Shown: positions 1 through 11,601, counted from the stretch's first letter. The stretch: 41,768 nucleotides of DNA from Octopus bimaculoides (GCF_001194135.2 NC_068981.1:40126853-40168620), one strand, 5' to 3'. The notes: generated from the sequence alone by a model not told the origin. Numbers and translations: made by a program.

Positions 1-156
1 AAATAATATTAATAATAATAATAATAATATAGAAAGGATTGAGGTAACTCCTCCTGAAGATATAGAGTCAAAATTAAAAGAAGAGTGCCATTTGTTATCT
101 GGTGAACGATATTTCGACATCTCGTGTGTCTTCAACTGGTTCAAAAAATAAATTTG

Positions 157-850
157 TCAATCTACTGCCAGGTACAGATGGTCGATTCTATCGAATGGTT
201 TGAATTCATCTAAAGTGATCAGGGCCTCCCCCATGCCAGGTTCTTTAGCCACTTTCTCTGTGATGTATCGCATAAGGTAGAGGTTGTCGTGGATAGACCT
301 TTTCAGGATGGCGCATGTCTGCACCTCTCCTACCAGACCACCGATGACAAGTGCCAACCTCGTAGCTAACACTTTGGCCAAAATTTTGAACTCTGCATTT
401 AGCAGAGTTATGGGCCTATAGTTATTAATAGTCTCCCTTGTTCAGATCTTTTCTAAGCAATGCCACCGCACCTCGGCTCACAAAACTGGGAATTCTCTCA
501 TTTTGTTGCCAGTTGCAGCAAAAGTTTGCCAAGAGGTAACGTAATAAGTCTGGCATGTACGCGTAAAGGTCGTCGGTCAGACCATCGAGACCAGGCGATT
601 TACCCTCGTGCAGCCGGCCATCGCTTCCCGTATTTCAGCAGCTGTTATTGGCTTCTTGCAATGCTCCGCCATGTTGCTGAGAGCCGCGGCAGTCCGTCGA
701 GGTAGGATATGAAGTCCATTCTGTGATTCAGCTCACTGCTACTATCAATCAGTTGATCAAAGTGCTGTTGAAAAGCCATACACATTTATTTGAGATCAAT
801 TACTGAGTGACCGTCGTAGTCGGATGAAGATCGGATTGTGGGTTATTGCC
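157..850 (-). mobile_element. Decayed L1/Tx1-clade non-LTR retrotransposon ORF2 fragment (pre-RT linker plus N-terminal RT subdomains)
   Basis: Manual minus-strand translation across frameshifts gives DYDGHSVIDLK*MCMAFQQHFDQL, FISYLDGLPRLS, KPITAAEIREAM, GKSPGLDGL (581-601), SRGAVALLRKD, NYRPITLLNAEFKILAKVLATRL (YRPITLLN at 397-420), QTCAILKRSIHDNL and LITLDEFKPFDRIDH (178-219). These are canonical L1/Tx1 RT motifs in the correct order. Stops and frameshifts show it is inactive. Confidence 0.9.
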
Positions 851-1208
851 ACGTCGTTTCTAATAATAACAGCAATTAGAGATAAGGAAAGATTGACACT
901 CACGCAATTGCTAAATTGGTTCTTTCGCCGTCAACAATTTCTTCAGTAGCAAATGTATTGACATGGATAAGATTGCAAGGAAAGTTCGAATTGTGGATCT
1001 GGCAATGATGCAAAACAAAGAAGTGGTACACAAGTGAATGAACGAATAAATGAAAAGTGAATGAGTGAATAAATGAAAGGACGCGGCTCACAAAACCATA
1101 TTTTTATTAATGGATGCCTCAAACTAAAATGATCTGAAATTATTCATCCGGTTGTTCACTTCCTTCTTATTATACTTCCTTCTACATATTGGATACATGA
1201 TAGGAATA

Positions 1209-1320
1209 CAAATCGACCCCAGTACTTGACTGGCACTTTATCTTATAGACCCTGAAAGAATGAAAGGCTTAGCTGACATTGCTAAATACCGCAAAGCATT
1301 TTGCCCGACGGTTTATAATC
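1209..1320 (-). mobile_element. Degenerate, internally deleted SINE family A fragment
   Basis: Its reverse complement aligns to parts of the 10911-11148 copy (aatcgaccccagt..ctggcact..gaaaggc..aaataccgc.aagcatttt.cccgacg). Confidence 0.6.
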
Positions 1321-1687
1321 TTGTTGACTCACATCCTTAAAATTATCCCCATTCAGTTACCAAAGCTAAGATGACCCATGATATAACTTTCGTTGGAAAA
1401 AAATGTAGATGTACATGATTTTTAACCCACTCTGTTTTTTTTTTCTTTTTTCCTTCGCTTTTATTCTTATTTAATTAGAACGTGCTTCACAATGTAATTA
1501 GTTGATAGAAATAACATATCCATCTCCCTGCTGTGTTGTTCACTAGAATCTGTTCTACTTAATACCTGACTACTTGACAGTAACCTTCACCAAGATAAAT
1601 TATATTCTCAAAGAATGAAACAAAATAACCCTTCAGAGATGATCAGCCACACTAAAAAGAATCAAGTGATTAAATATACTATGACAA

Positions 1688-1747
<60 letters not shown>

Positions 1748-1830
1748 TATAATAATAATAATAATAATGATGATGATGATAACATCAACAGCAACTACAT
1801 TAGCAACAGCAACAGAAACGGCAGCAATTT
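1688..1830. repeat. Compound trinucleotide microsatellite (AAT)n-(GAT)n grading into CAA/CAG units
   Basis: Read directly. A second (AAT)n occupies 1-30. Confidence 0.95.
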
Positions 1831-2379
1831 CAACAGCACTAGACTTATAATAGTAATACTCAGTTAAGCGTTGACAATAAACAGTACCTGTTTAATAGGT
1901 TTTCGCCTACACTGTCAAAGACAGTTTGACGTCATAGCTGGTTGTCATGACGCTGGTATTTCCATAGACAGTATGACGCTCAGGTAGTTTTCCTGACACT
2001 ATTTTCCAGTGCTTTAACTAAATGCATACAGGTGTGTTTATTGGGTAGACGCAGGAGTTTAGTGAATGTCAGTGGTAAAGAAGAACGTGTTGCTGCAACC
2101 ATTATTCCATTTATTTATTCATTACATTTATATATTTATTTCCTAAAGATTTCTTGTACATATTCAATCTTTTATACATTTCACTATTTTATTTCTTCCG
2201 TGCTATCAAATATTTTACGCCGGACTGTATTTTATTCTCACTTACAAGATCACACTCCACACTAAAAGGTCTCTTTCTTCTCATCTTCTTTCACATTGTC
2301 TCTTTCGCTCCTTCCTCTGTCTCTCCCTCTTTTACAGAGAAGAAATACAGAATAGAGATGGAAAACATTAACTATAAGT

Positions 2380-2672
2380 GAGTGTGCGTGTGTGTGTGCG
2401 TGTACCTGTGTACATATCCATCCATCCATCCATCCATCCATCCATACATACATACATANNNNNNNNNNTATATATATAGATATATATATATGTGTGTGTA
2501 TGTGTGTGTTTATATATATATACAGATAAATAGAGAGAGAAAGATAGAGGGAGACAGAAAGAAAGACGGGGAGAGACAGACAGACAGACAGACACAGAGA
2601 CAGAGACAGAGAGAGACAGAGAGAGAGAAAGAGAGAGAGAGACAGAGAGAGAGAAAGAGAGACAGAGAGACA
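2380..2672. repeat. Compound microsatellite (GT)/(CCAT)/(TA)/(GA)/(GACA) with a 10-N gap at 2459-2468
   Basis: Read directly. Confidence 0.95.
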
Positions 2673-3143
2673 GAGAGAAACGGACAGATTGACTTGGGGA
2701 CTTGCTTCAAATAAATTTTAAGTATCTCAGTACTAAAGTAAAGGCAAACGTACATTTAATTTGCTTGGATAGGATCATATTCAATTTGATTTACTGTGTT
2801 AGGTGTTTGATGAAACTTGAAGCCTCAGACAAAGCTTGTGTGTGTGTCAGCGTATGTGTATGTGTGGATGTGTGTGTATGAATTGCAAGTATGTGAGTGA
2901 GTGTGTACACGTGCGCATATATCATACAGCTTGTGCGATGATACTCTCCTTTGTATTTCATATGTTCACCTTTAATGTTATATGCAAATTAATACTTGTA
3001 TTAGTTGTATTATTAGTAGTGAATGCGCAGCTCTGAGTAACAACCCGTTCATAGACTCAACTTCCTTATACTTTGTTATACCTTTTCTGAATTGGGTACT
3101 TCTACTTTGGAAAATGAAATTTTATATATAAAGATCGGAAGAG

Positions 3144-4061
3144 NNNNNNNNNNNNNNNNNNNNNNNNNNNNNNNNNNNNNNNNNNNNNNNNNNNNNNNNN
3201 NNNNNNNNNNNNNNNNNNNNNNNNNNNNNNNNNNNNNNNNNNNNNNNNNNNNNNNNNNNNNNNNNNNNNNNNNNNNNNNNNNNNNNNNNNNNNNNNNNNN
3301 NNNNNNNNNNNNNNNNNNNNNNNNNNNNNNNNNNNNNNNNNNNNNNNNNNNNNNNNNNNNNNNNNNNNNNNNNNNNNNNNNNNNNNNNNNNNNNNNNNNN
3401 NNNNNNNNNNNNNNNNNNNNNNNNNNNNNNNNNNNNNNNNNNNNNNNNNNNNNNNNNNNNNNNNNNNNNNNNNNNNNNNNNNNNNNNNNNNNNNNNNNNN
3501 NNNNNNNNNNNNNNNNNNNNNNNNNNNNNNNNNNNNNNNNNNNNNNNNNNNNNNNNNNNNNNNNNNNNNNNNNNNNNNNNNNNNNNNNNNNNNNNNNNNN
3601 NNNNNNNNNNNNNNNNNNNNNNNNNNNNNNNNNNNNNNNNNNNNNNNNNNNNNNNNNNNNNNNNNNNNNNNNNNNNNNNNNNNNNNNNNNNNNNNNNNNN
3701 NNNNNNNNNNNNNNNNNNNNNNNNNNNNNNNNNNNNNNNNNNNNNNNNNNNNNNNNNNNNNNNNNNNNNNNNNNNNNNNNNNNNNNNNNNNNNNNNNNNN
3801 NNNNNNNNNNNNNNNNNNNNNNNNNNNNNNNNNNNNNNNNNNNNNNNNNNNNNNNNNNNNNNNNNNNNNNNNNNNNNNNNNNNNNNNNNNNNNNNNNNNN
3901 NNNNNNNNNNNNNNNNNNNNNNNNNNNNNNNNNNNNNNNNNNNNNNNNNNNNNNNNNNNNNNNNNNNNNNNNNNNNNNNNNNNNNNNNNNNNNNNNNNNN
4001 NNNNNNNNNNNNNNNNNNNNNNNNNNNNNNNNNNNNNNNNNNNNNNNNNNNNNNNNNNNNN
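3144..4061. other. Assembly gap (918 N). Other gaps: 4608-4843, 9778-9787, 25586-25595, 27447-28315, 29355-29860, 30570-30579, 36817-37401, 38827-39572
   Basis: Runs of N. Most abut simple repeats, as expected for a short-read assembly. Confidence 1.
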
Positions 4062-4213
4062 TATATATATATATATATATATGAGAGCAGTTTAGCTCGT
4101 ATTTCTAGCAATGTAGGTGTTTCTTAATACCCTTAGTCACATTTAGTAACAATTATAATCTTCCTTCACGTACGTGATTATGTTTACACCTGACTGAGAT
4201 CGTGTGTTGCTGT

Positions 4214-4390
4214 GCGGTGGTTTGTGTGTCTCAGTGACCCTGAAAGCTATGCCTGCAGAGCGCGAGCTTCTGGTATAGTCCCCCATGCTGGACAGGTCAA
4301 ATGATAGAGGCCAGACTAATATGGATCATTTTATTCGCAGTTAAGAATGGGTTGGAATACAAGCCACATCCCTATCTAGAAAAATGTAAG
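4214..4390 (+). mobile_element. RTE-clade LINE 5' UTR-like remnant (or non-autonomous derivative)
   Basis: The segment gtggtttgtgtgtctcagtgaccctgaaagctatgcc...gcttctggtatagtcccccatgctggacaggtcaaatgatagaggccagactaa matches my recollection of the conserved 5' leader of RTE/Expander-type LINEs. No ORF follows. The match is from memory only. Confidence 0.5.
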
Positions 4391-4547
4391 ATTACAGAAT
4401 CATCGATGGCAAATAAAAACCGGCAAAACCAAGGATAGGATAACCCAGAGTCAAGGAGAGTAAAGAAAAGTTGTCAATGGCTAATGCTACAAAATGACCA
4501 AAAGGCTTATGATATATATATATATGTAGGTGTGTGCATATGTGTGC

Positions 4548-4607
<60 letters not shown>

Positions 4608-5105
4608 NNNNNNNNNNNNNNNNNNNNNNNNNNNNNNNNNNNNNNNNNNNNNNNNNNNNNNNNNNNNNNNNNNNNNNNNNNNNNNNNNNNNNNNNNNNNN
4701 NNNNNNNNNNNNNNNNNNNNNNNNNNNNNNNNNNNNNNNNNNNNNNNNNNNNNNNNNNNNNNNNNNNNNNNNNNNNNNNNNNNNNNNNNNNNNNNNNNNN
4801 NNNNNNNNNNNNNNNNNNNNNNNNNNNNNNNNNNNNNNNNNNNGAGGGCATACCCGTACCTTATCTTTCGATATTTCGGCATTAAAATCTCTTTATCGAA
4901 AGGAAAATGGAAAAAAGAAGCTGGAAAAGAAAAAAAGTGTAAAATGTTTTGTTTTCCTTTTGTTTTCATTTCTTTATTTCTAACTTGCATTGTACTGGCT
5001 TTCTAAATCAATTTTAACAATTCTATCACAATGCTTTATTCAAGTTACATTGGTGTAATATATACTAATATATAGATGTATGTGTGTAAATGTGTATGCG
5101 CGTAA

Positions 5106-5154
<49 letters not shown>

Positions 5155-6037
5155 GTATGAATGTATATTATTGATATATTTATGTGTATGTGTATATATA
5201 TATATTCATGCGAGAGTGAGAAAGGAAGAGAGGAAGAAAGAATGTAAGATGGAGGGAGAAACATCCAAATACATAACATAAGCACGGCAAGTATTTTTTT
5301 CTGAAGGTATGATATGAAATATAATGACGTATGCCATTTAGTAATCGATAGTAATTCAAGTGGTATTCGACGGCTTCCCTCAGCCGTAACAACGCACGTC
5401 AGTAAATGTAAATAATGTTAATCTCGAGTAGATATTAACATTCCAATAAGGTGGTGGGAAGGTACTTGATCGCCGTTGTAGTTGATTATTGACAGTTGCA
5501 TTATTTAGCTTGTTTTATATATATACACATATATATATATATATATATTATAGTATAATACTTGAAGCTATATATCATTATTATTATTATCGTTCTGCGG
5601 TGGAAATTCCATTGTTTTTCACCTAACTGTAGCTATAAAATATATACCAGTAATAAACCGTGATTGATTCCAAATATTGATTGGCCTTGTATGCTTTGAA
5701 TAGAAATCGATATTTTAAATACCACCCGTGTAAGTGTAACAGAATCGTTATCGGAATTTTTGTCTAGAACATCTAGATTTGGATTATTGTTGATATTGGG
5801 AATGCACCATAATTTACGTTATTTTTTTTTTGCTAAGATACATACTTATACATTAGAAGAAACACACACACATGCATACATACATGCATACATGCATACA
5901 TACATACATACATACATACATACATACATACGCTAAAGGTAGCCGTCTTTCGCTCTCACATTCTTTTCCTTTCACTCTTCTTCGCTCTTCAACTCACTAT
6001 ATATCACAGTAGACTAAACTGCATCTCTATTTATTTC

Positions 6038-6040
<3 letters not shown>

Positions 6041-6069
<29 letters not shown>

Positions 6070-6145
6070 CCCTCTCTCTCCCTCTGTCTTCCATCTCTCT
6101 CTCTCCACCCCTCTCTATTTCCCTCTCTATTTCCCTCTCTATTTC

Positions 6146-6228
<83 letters not shown>
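6041..6228. repeat. (CT)n microsatellite with variant units, including 3 x CCCTCTCTATTT
   Basis: Read directly. It explains the poly-ER ORF at 6027-6230. Confidence 0.95.
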
Positions 6229-6231
<3 letters not shown>

Positions 6232-6615
6232 TTCCTACTTCGTCTACTTACTGCTTTCCAATATTTATATGCTCAGAAATTATATGATTTCTCTGCTGCT
6301 ACATTCGTCCTCTCTTCTTTCTTCACTGATACCTTATCGAAAGTCAATAGCGAAACGTTGAAGCCTCATAAGCTGTGAAATTGTGAAAACATATGTTAAA
6401 ACATGTCAACAAAACCAAACTGGATATGAGAATACATGTTGAAATTGCTTTAAAACCAAGCGATAATTTAGTTAAAGTAAATTAACTATTTTCATTGCAT
6501 ATTCAGCCTCGTCAGGTGATATTTTAGGAATAATATTGCATGAACGGCTAGGCGCGATTAGTCCTCGTCATGAAATAACCATTTCATAAAATATTGATTT
6601 TGATGGCAGTGGTTT

Positions 6616-7045
6616 TATCTTTTGACTGTTACCTGTTTCAGTCATTGCACTGCGGCCATGCTGGGGCATCACCTTTAAGCGTTTAAGTCTAGCAAAAAGA
6701 TCTCGGTACCTATTTTATCAGTCTCTTTTACGGAACCACTAAGTTACGGGCATGTAATCAAACCAACACCTGTTGTCAAATTCGGGTGGGAGAACAGACT
6801 CAAACACAAAGACACATACACATACATTCACACATACATAATAAACGCATACATGCATATACACACGCATACATTCATACATACTAACGCATACATACAT
6901 AGGTATATACATACACACATACATACATACATACATACATACATACATGCATACATATATGCATACATACATAGATACATGCATGCATGCATGCATACAT
7001 ACATACATACATACATACATACATACATACATACATACATACATT
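6616..7045 (-). mobile_element. SINE family B, 3' half only, with linker expanded into about 235 bp of (CATA)n
   Basis: 6616-6810 aligns to 7417-7610 (tgtttcagtcatt..actgcggcc.tgctgg.gca.c.ccttta...gaacc.ctaagttac.gg...accaaca.c.gttgtcaa). It is followed by the CATA array at about 6810-7045. Confidence 0.8.
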
Positions 7046-7049
7046 CAAT

Positions 7050-8375
7050 TAGTGTTGAAAAGTGAAGAGGACAATATCCTACGTGTCGGGAGCGAGCTCC
7101 TCAGGAAGCACTCTCTTCCTGATGACTTACTATAAACCCCAGAACAGCCGGAATAACGTACTTCAAAGAAGACCTGTATTTGAAATGCTCAGCACAAAAA
7201 GACCATGCATTTGTATGTTTCCCAAAGGCTTGAAGAAGACAGAAATATTGACATGAAGCGAAGCCTCTCTTGGACTTGTGACCATAACGTCACATCGCAC
7301 TTTAGGAGCTTTGCACTTACAATCCAGGAACAGGAGATTGATATTAAATATCTAATAAACAAGGGACAGTGAAGCCCTTGGAGTTCCAAGATACAATCGA
7401 AAATGTAGCTTACACTTTACTTTTTTACTTGTTTCAGTCATTTGACTGCGGCCTTGCTGGAGCACCGTCTTTAGTCGAACAAATTGAAACCCAGCACTTA
7501 ATCTTTGTCAGTCTAGTGCTTATTCTACCGGTCTCTTTTTGCCGAACCGCTAAGTTACAGGGACTTAAACACACCAACATCGGTTGTCAAGTGACTGTGG
7601 AGGGGCAAACACACACACACACACACAAATATATACATATACATACATATATATACATATATATATGACGGGCTCCTTTCAGTTTCCGTCTACCAAATCC
7701 ACTCACAAGGCTTTGGTCGGCCCGAGGCTATAGTAAAAGACACTCGCCCAAGGTGCCACGCAGTGGGACTGAACCCGGAAGTTTCTTACCACACAGCCAT
7801 TCCTGCGCTTATGTAATATTTCTGTAGAAGACATCACACATGTGATTAGCAGCTACTTCAAAATGTCATCAAGTTACATGATGGTGTCGAAAAACAATAT
7901 ATAAACCCATCCGGAAAAAAGACAGTCCTGGAAAAAGTATAGAGAATCACCTTATTATTAAATACGAACATAAACATCAATGGAAGCATCACTGGTAGAA
8001 CATTCTCATCAAAGCATCTGTCAAGTTTAAGCATAACAGGACAGGCCAGATATTGTTCTTTGCGACAAGGAAAAGTATGTACCTTTATAGGGCTCCGCAG
8101 TCTTACTGATGTGAATATCTGTTTTGAAAATCAAAGAGAAAGAGGATAACTGTGTACAACTGTTTCGAAATCTCCAGCTTCTATATCCAGATTACGAATT
8201 TACATTTATACGAACAATAATCCGAGTACTTAATTTTGTGATTAAATGTCTAACTGACAGTCTGGATAAGCTTGGATTTTCAGATAAAGAAATCAACCAA
8301 CTCACTCACACAATACAAATACAATCTGCAAGTGAAACAGTAAAAACATGCGAAACTTCTCCCTCGTTCTCTATT
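7050..8375 (+). mobile_element. R4/Dong-like non-LTR retrotransposon, 5'-truncated and decayed (post-RT region, CCHC knuckle, REL endonuclease), interrupted by a SINE
   Basis: Translation gives HKKTMHLYVSQRLEEDRNIDMKRSLSW..LTIQEQEIDIKYL (LTIQEQEIDIKYL at 7316-7354), KCSL|CNISVEDITHVISSY, HD.V.K, KHNR/RPDIVLCD (8043-8066) and KIKEKEDNCVQLFRNLQLLYPDYEFTFI..LDKLGF..SETVKTCET. This is the typical domain order of REL-type (R4/Dong) LINEs. Confidence 0.88.
7413..7811 (-). mobile_element. SINE family B, near full length (tRNA-like head, CORE-like segment, CA/TA linker, 3' module)
   Basis: The minus-strand head is gcgcaggaatggctgtgtggtaag..ccgggttcagtcccactgcgtggcaccttgggcgagtgtctt, with A-box-like and B-box-like motifs and a CORE-like ccttgggc.agt. 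It is homologous to 8991-9161, 6616-6810 and 32661-33070. Confidence 0.9.
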
Positions 8376-8990
8376 CACCTCCCTCTATTCAGTTTCATAC
8401 ACCTCTGTACACCTTAGGACTCCCCTTCCAATACCAACCTACATTCATTATTCTACTAACCACAACTATCTTGACCACGTCACTCCCCCACTCTGTCCAC
8501 TTCCCTATAACTTATCTCATACCTTTCTATATACCTTAGTAATCTCACTCAAATAATTGCCAATTCCTTTTCTCACTATCACGACTTCCAATAATTTTAT
8601 AGCTATTATCCCTCAACTCTGACACCTAAACACAAATCCAATACTACTTTGACAAGTCCCTTAACCCCTGGGGGTGGATGGGGCGCTGCCGCCATGCAGC
8701 GTATCTAGGGCGCCAACACAACTTACTACCATTCAAATACTATCTATCCTACCACTCCTATTTATCTCCCCACGCTTCACCTCTACTACCACCTCCCTTA
8801 GTATCCTCATTACTAGCCTCTCCCTCTTCCTGAACTATCATCCATTTTCCTCTCACCATTCCCTGTCTTAATACCCCCATAACCACACCGACCTTCCTAA
8901 TTCCCCCTCTAATACAACTACCTCTCCACATTTAATCATATATAGGAAAAAGAGGATTAAAGTATACAGACAGATACCAATAAAGCATTG

Positions 8991-9161
8991 TAGGCGCAGG
9001 CATGGGTGTGTGGTAAGAAGCTTGCTTCCTAACTACATGGTGCCGGGTTCAGTCCCACTGCGTGGCACCTTGGACAAGTGTCTTCTACTATAGCCTCAGG
9101 CCGACCAAAGCCTTATGAGTGGATTTGGTAGACGGAAGCTGAAAGAAGCCCGTCCTATATG
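8991..9161 (+). mobile_element. SINE family B, head (5') half only
   Basis: High identity to the reverse complement of 7660-7811. It ends at aagaagcccgtcctatatg, just where the microsatellite linker starts in the full copy. Confidence 0.88.
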
Positions 9162-9240
9162 AGACAGTGCTACTGACGTTTATAGCCCAAGGATGACATC
9201 CCTTCCAGCTGGCTAGCGACATACATTCTGTGTCCAATTA

Positions 9241-9377
9241 GTATTTGCGAGGGGAGGTCACGCTCCCATCCCTAGCCTTACGTGATACACACGAACTCGA
9301 GCTTCTGTGTGGTTACCCGTCCTCAGCGTGTGTTAATCACCAGCTAGTGATGAAAACTCACCCCACTCGCAAAATAC
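9241..9377. mobile_element. Candidate 137-bp MITE with imperfect TIRs and TA flanks
   Basis: The left end is GTATTTGCGAGGGG and the right end reverse-complemented is GTATTTTGCGAGTGGG. TA lies at 9239-9240 and 9378-9379. Only one copy is present in the window. Confidence 0.4.
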
Positions 9378-9534
9378 TATATGCTTTTTTCCAGCAATGA
9401 ACCGTCACTGATCTCAAAAAAGAAGGTTTAAGCTATATTAAATCTCTGAGCGAGATGTAAACAGTAGCAATACGGAATCGTAACATATAATTGCCAACCA
9501 AGTGTATAGCACATAGTAAAAGATAAAACACATA

Positions 9535-9722
9535 TACATGTGTGCGCCTCTGTGTGTGTGCGTGTTTATATGTGTGTGTATGTGTGTGTGTGTGTGTTTG
9601 TATATATGTGTGTGTGTGTGCGTGTGCGTGCATGTATGTATATACGCAGACATAATATTTGTCGAACCATCATTTGTGTTTACATATATACAAATATATA
9701 CCATATACATATATACATACAC

Positions 9723-9757
<35 letters not shown>

Positions 9758-9787
9758 CGCACACACACACACACACANNNNNNNNNN

Positions 9788-9840
<53 letters not shown>

Positions 9841-9905
9841 CATATATATATATATGGTTCATTTACCCCAGATATTATATATGTATGCATATATGTATGT
9901 GTGTA
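9535..9905. repeat. Compound (TG)/(CA)/(TA) microsatellite block
   Basis: Read directly. It explains several overlapping spurious ORFs. Confidence 0.95.
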
Positions 9906-10457
9906 CATACGTACCATATCTGAGCCTTACCAACTCACCTGAATATTCTTCAAGAGTTCGCTCTAAAGCTATAATCCACTACAAATATGCCTGTTTTCCG
10001 CATATTTCGAGTATTTTACTGTAGTTGTCTTCGTTTCAATTTTTTTTTTTATTCTAAAGATACTTAGTGGGACGTTTTGTCTACTATTTACGGAGATAAT
10101 CTTCGTATAGCGAAGTGTTTTCTACTTACTATATACCATACGTAAGACCCTGTATGTATAATGAAAAACTGATTGACAAGCTTACTGTAAAAATTAAGTT
10201 TTATGTAGAAAGGCATGCATGAGTCGGCTCAGTATTTTCGTGCCTTTGATTGCGTCACATTAGACAAAAGAAACGCAACAGTGAAGCAGAATAGAGAAGC
10301 AGCATGATTTGAATACTGTAAACTATCTGTTATTACAGGATTCAGGAAGATGTCGGAGAGTATAACGATAAACATGAATATGACAATGACGATTACTGGG
10401 AAGATAACAACTAGGATGATACCATCAGTAAGAATGATGATCATGATGCCACTCGCG

Positions 10458-10488
10458 ATGACGACGACGACGACAGCGTTGGTGGCGG

Positions 10489-10539
<51 letters not shown>

Positions 10540-10560
10540 CGATGACGACGATGACGATTT
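10458..10560. repeat. (GAC)n/(GAT)n trinucleotide repeat
   Basis: Read directly. It explains the poly-M and poly-I ORFs. Confidence 0.95.
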
Positions 10561-10910
10561 TCGATGAAGTCTGAAAGCTTGAGTGATGCACATGGAAAAT
10601 AAGCATTAGCACAGTGAGTGTATACATTTTAACCAAGTGAAATAAATGGTTTTCAATAAGTCGCAATAAACTCTTTAGTTAGAAATGTGAATATCGGTGC
10701 CAGTCACTATGGATGAACAGAAAGGTTATATTCCTCTTAGAAACTGGTTATATTCCAGTAGCAACTCAAACAGGTTTAGGTTCCTCACCATAATCTTGAT
10801 AATAGTAATGTATCAAATACAGATTCGATGTGTTTGAACACCAAATAACACGGACAAATTATAAACTTACCTACACTGTGTGAATGCATAGAAACAGAAA
10901 TACACACATA

Positions 10911-11148
10911 AGGCAGCGAGCTGGCAGAAAAGTTAGCACGTCGGTCGAAATGCTTAGCGGTATTTCGTCTGCCGCTACGTTTTGAGTTCAAATTCCGCCG
11001 AGGTCGACTTTGCCTTTCATCCTTTAGGGGTCGATTAAATAAGTACTAGTTACATACTGGAGTCGATATAATCGACTTAATCCGTTTGTCTGTCCTTGTT
11101 TGTCCCCTCTGTGTGTATCCCCTTGTGGGTAGTAAAGAAATAAGAAAC
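10911..11148 (+). mobile_element. SINE family A, well-preserved full-length copy
   Basis: The head ggcagcgagctggcagaaaagttagcacg has an A-box-like motif and a B-box-like gagttcaaattcc. It continues through a central ccgaggtcgactttgcctttcatcctttaggggtcgattaaataagtac and a 3' tail. Homologues lie at 17951, 33730, 33544, 1209 and 38318. Confidence 0.9.
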
Positions 11149-11547
11149 ATAAATACACACACATACAGCTACGCGTATATATGCATATATAAGACACATA
11201 TGCATATAGACACTTGCACATGCATGTATGAATTTTGTTGGAGTGTAATTTAAGTTCTACTTGAGAGAGTTCAAAACGGTTGCTAACAAAGCAGCAAGAC
11301 TTTTTGAGTTAAGAGAGTTTCCGAAGTATGTAAATATGTGGTTGTTGGGTTGGTGTGTTGGTTGAGCTGTCGATGCATACACCCATGTGTGTGCATCTAC
11401 TCACATAAGAATCTCAGATGGAGAAATTTTGGAATGTCTTGCAAATCTTGACAGTAGCACTAATAGATTGGATTTGGAGAACTCGCGGCAGTTTCATTCG
11501 CTCTCTTCCCGCGAAACCGAGTAATTCAAGGTTTTTGTGCAAATTTG

Positions 11548-11567
11548 TATGTACATATGTATGTATG

Positions 11568-11601
<34 letters not shown>

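Noticed and set aside
850-1090. Possible plus-strand 3' end of the Tx1-like element, giving a twin-priming inversion with 157-850
   Set aside because: The peptide similarity of 900-1020 to an L1/Tx1 C-terminus is too weak, and the breakpoints would not be adjacent in the element as twin priming predicts.
10229-10666. 145-aa hydrophobic ORF resembling a membrane protein
   Set aside because: The hydrophobicity comes from the (GAT)/(GAC) repeat read as poly-Ile/Val.
10871-10875. 5-nt minus-strand microexon (cacacag|TGTAG|gtaagt)
   Set aside because: The splice signals look good, but a 5-nt exon shifts frame and such motifs occur by chance. There is no supporting context.
10911-11000. tRNA genes at SINE heads (also 8991, 17151, 28777)
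   Set aside because: Only A/B-box-like motifs are present, with no complete cloverleaf, and each continues into a SINE body.
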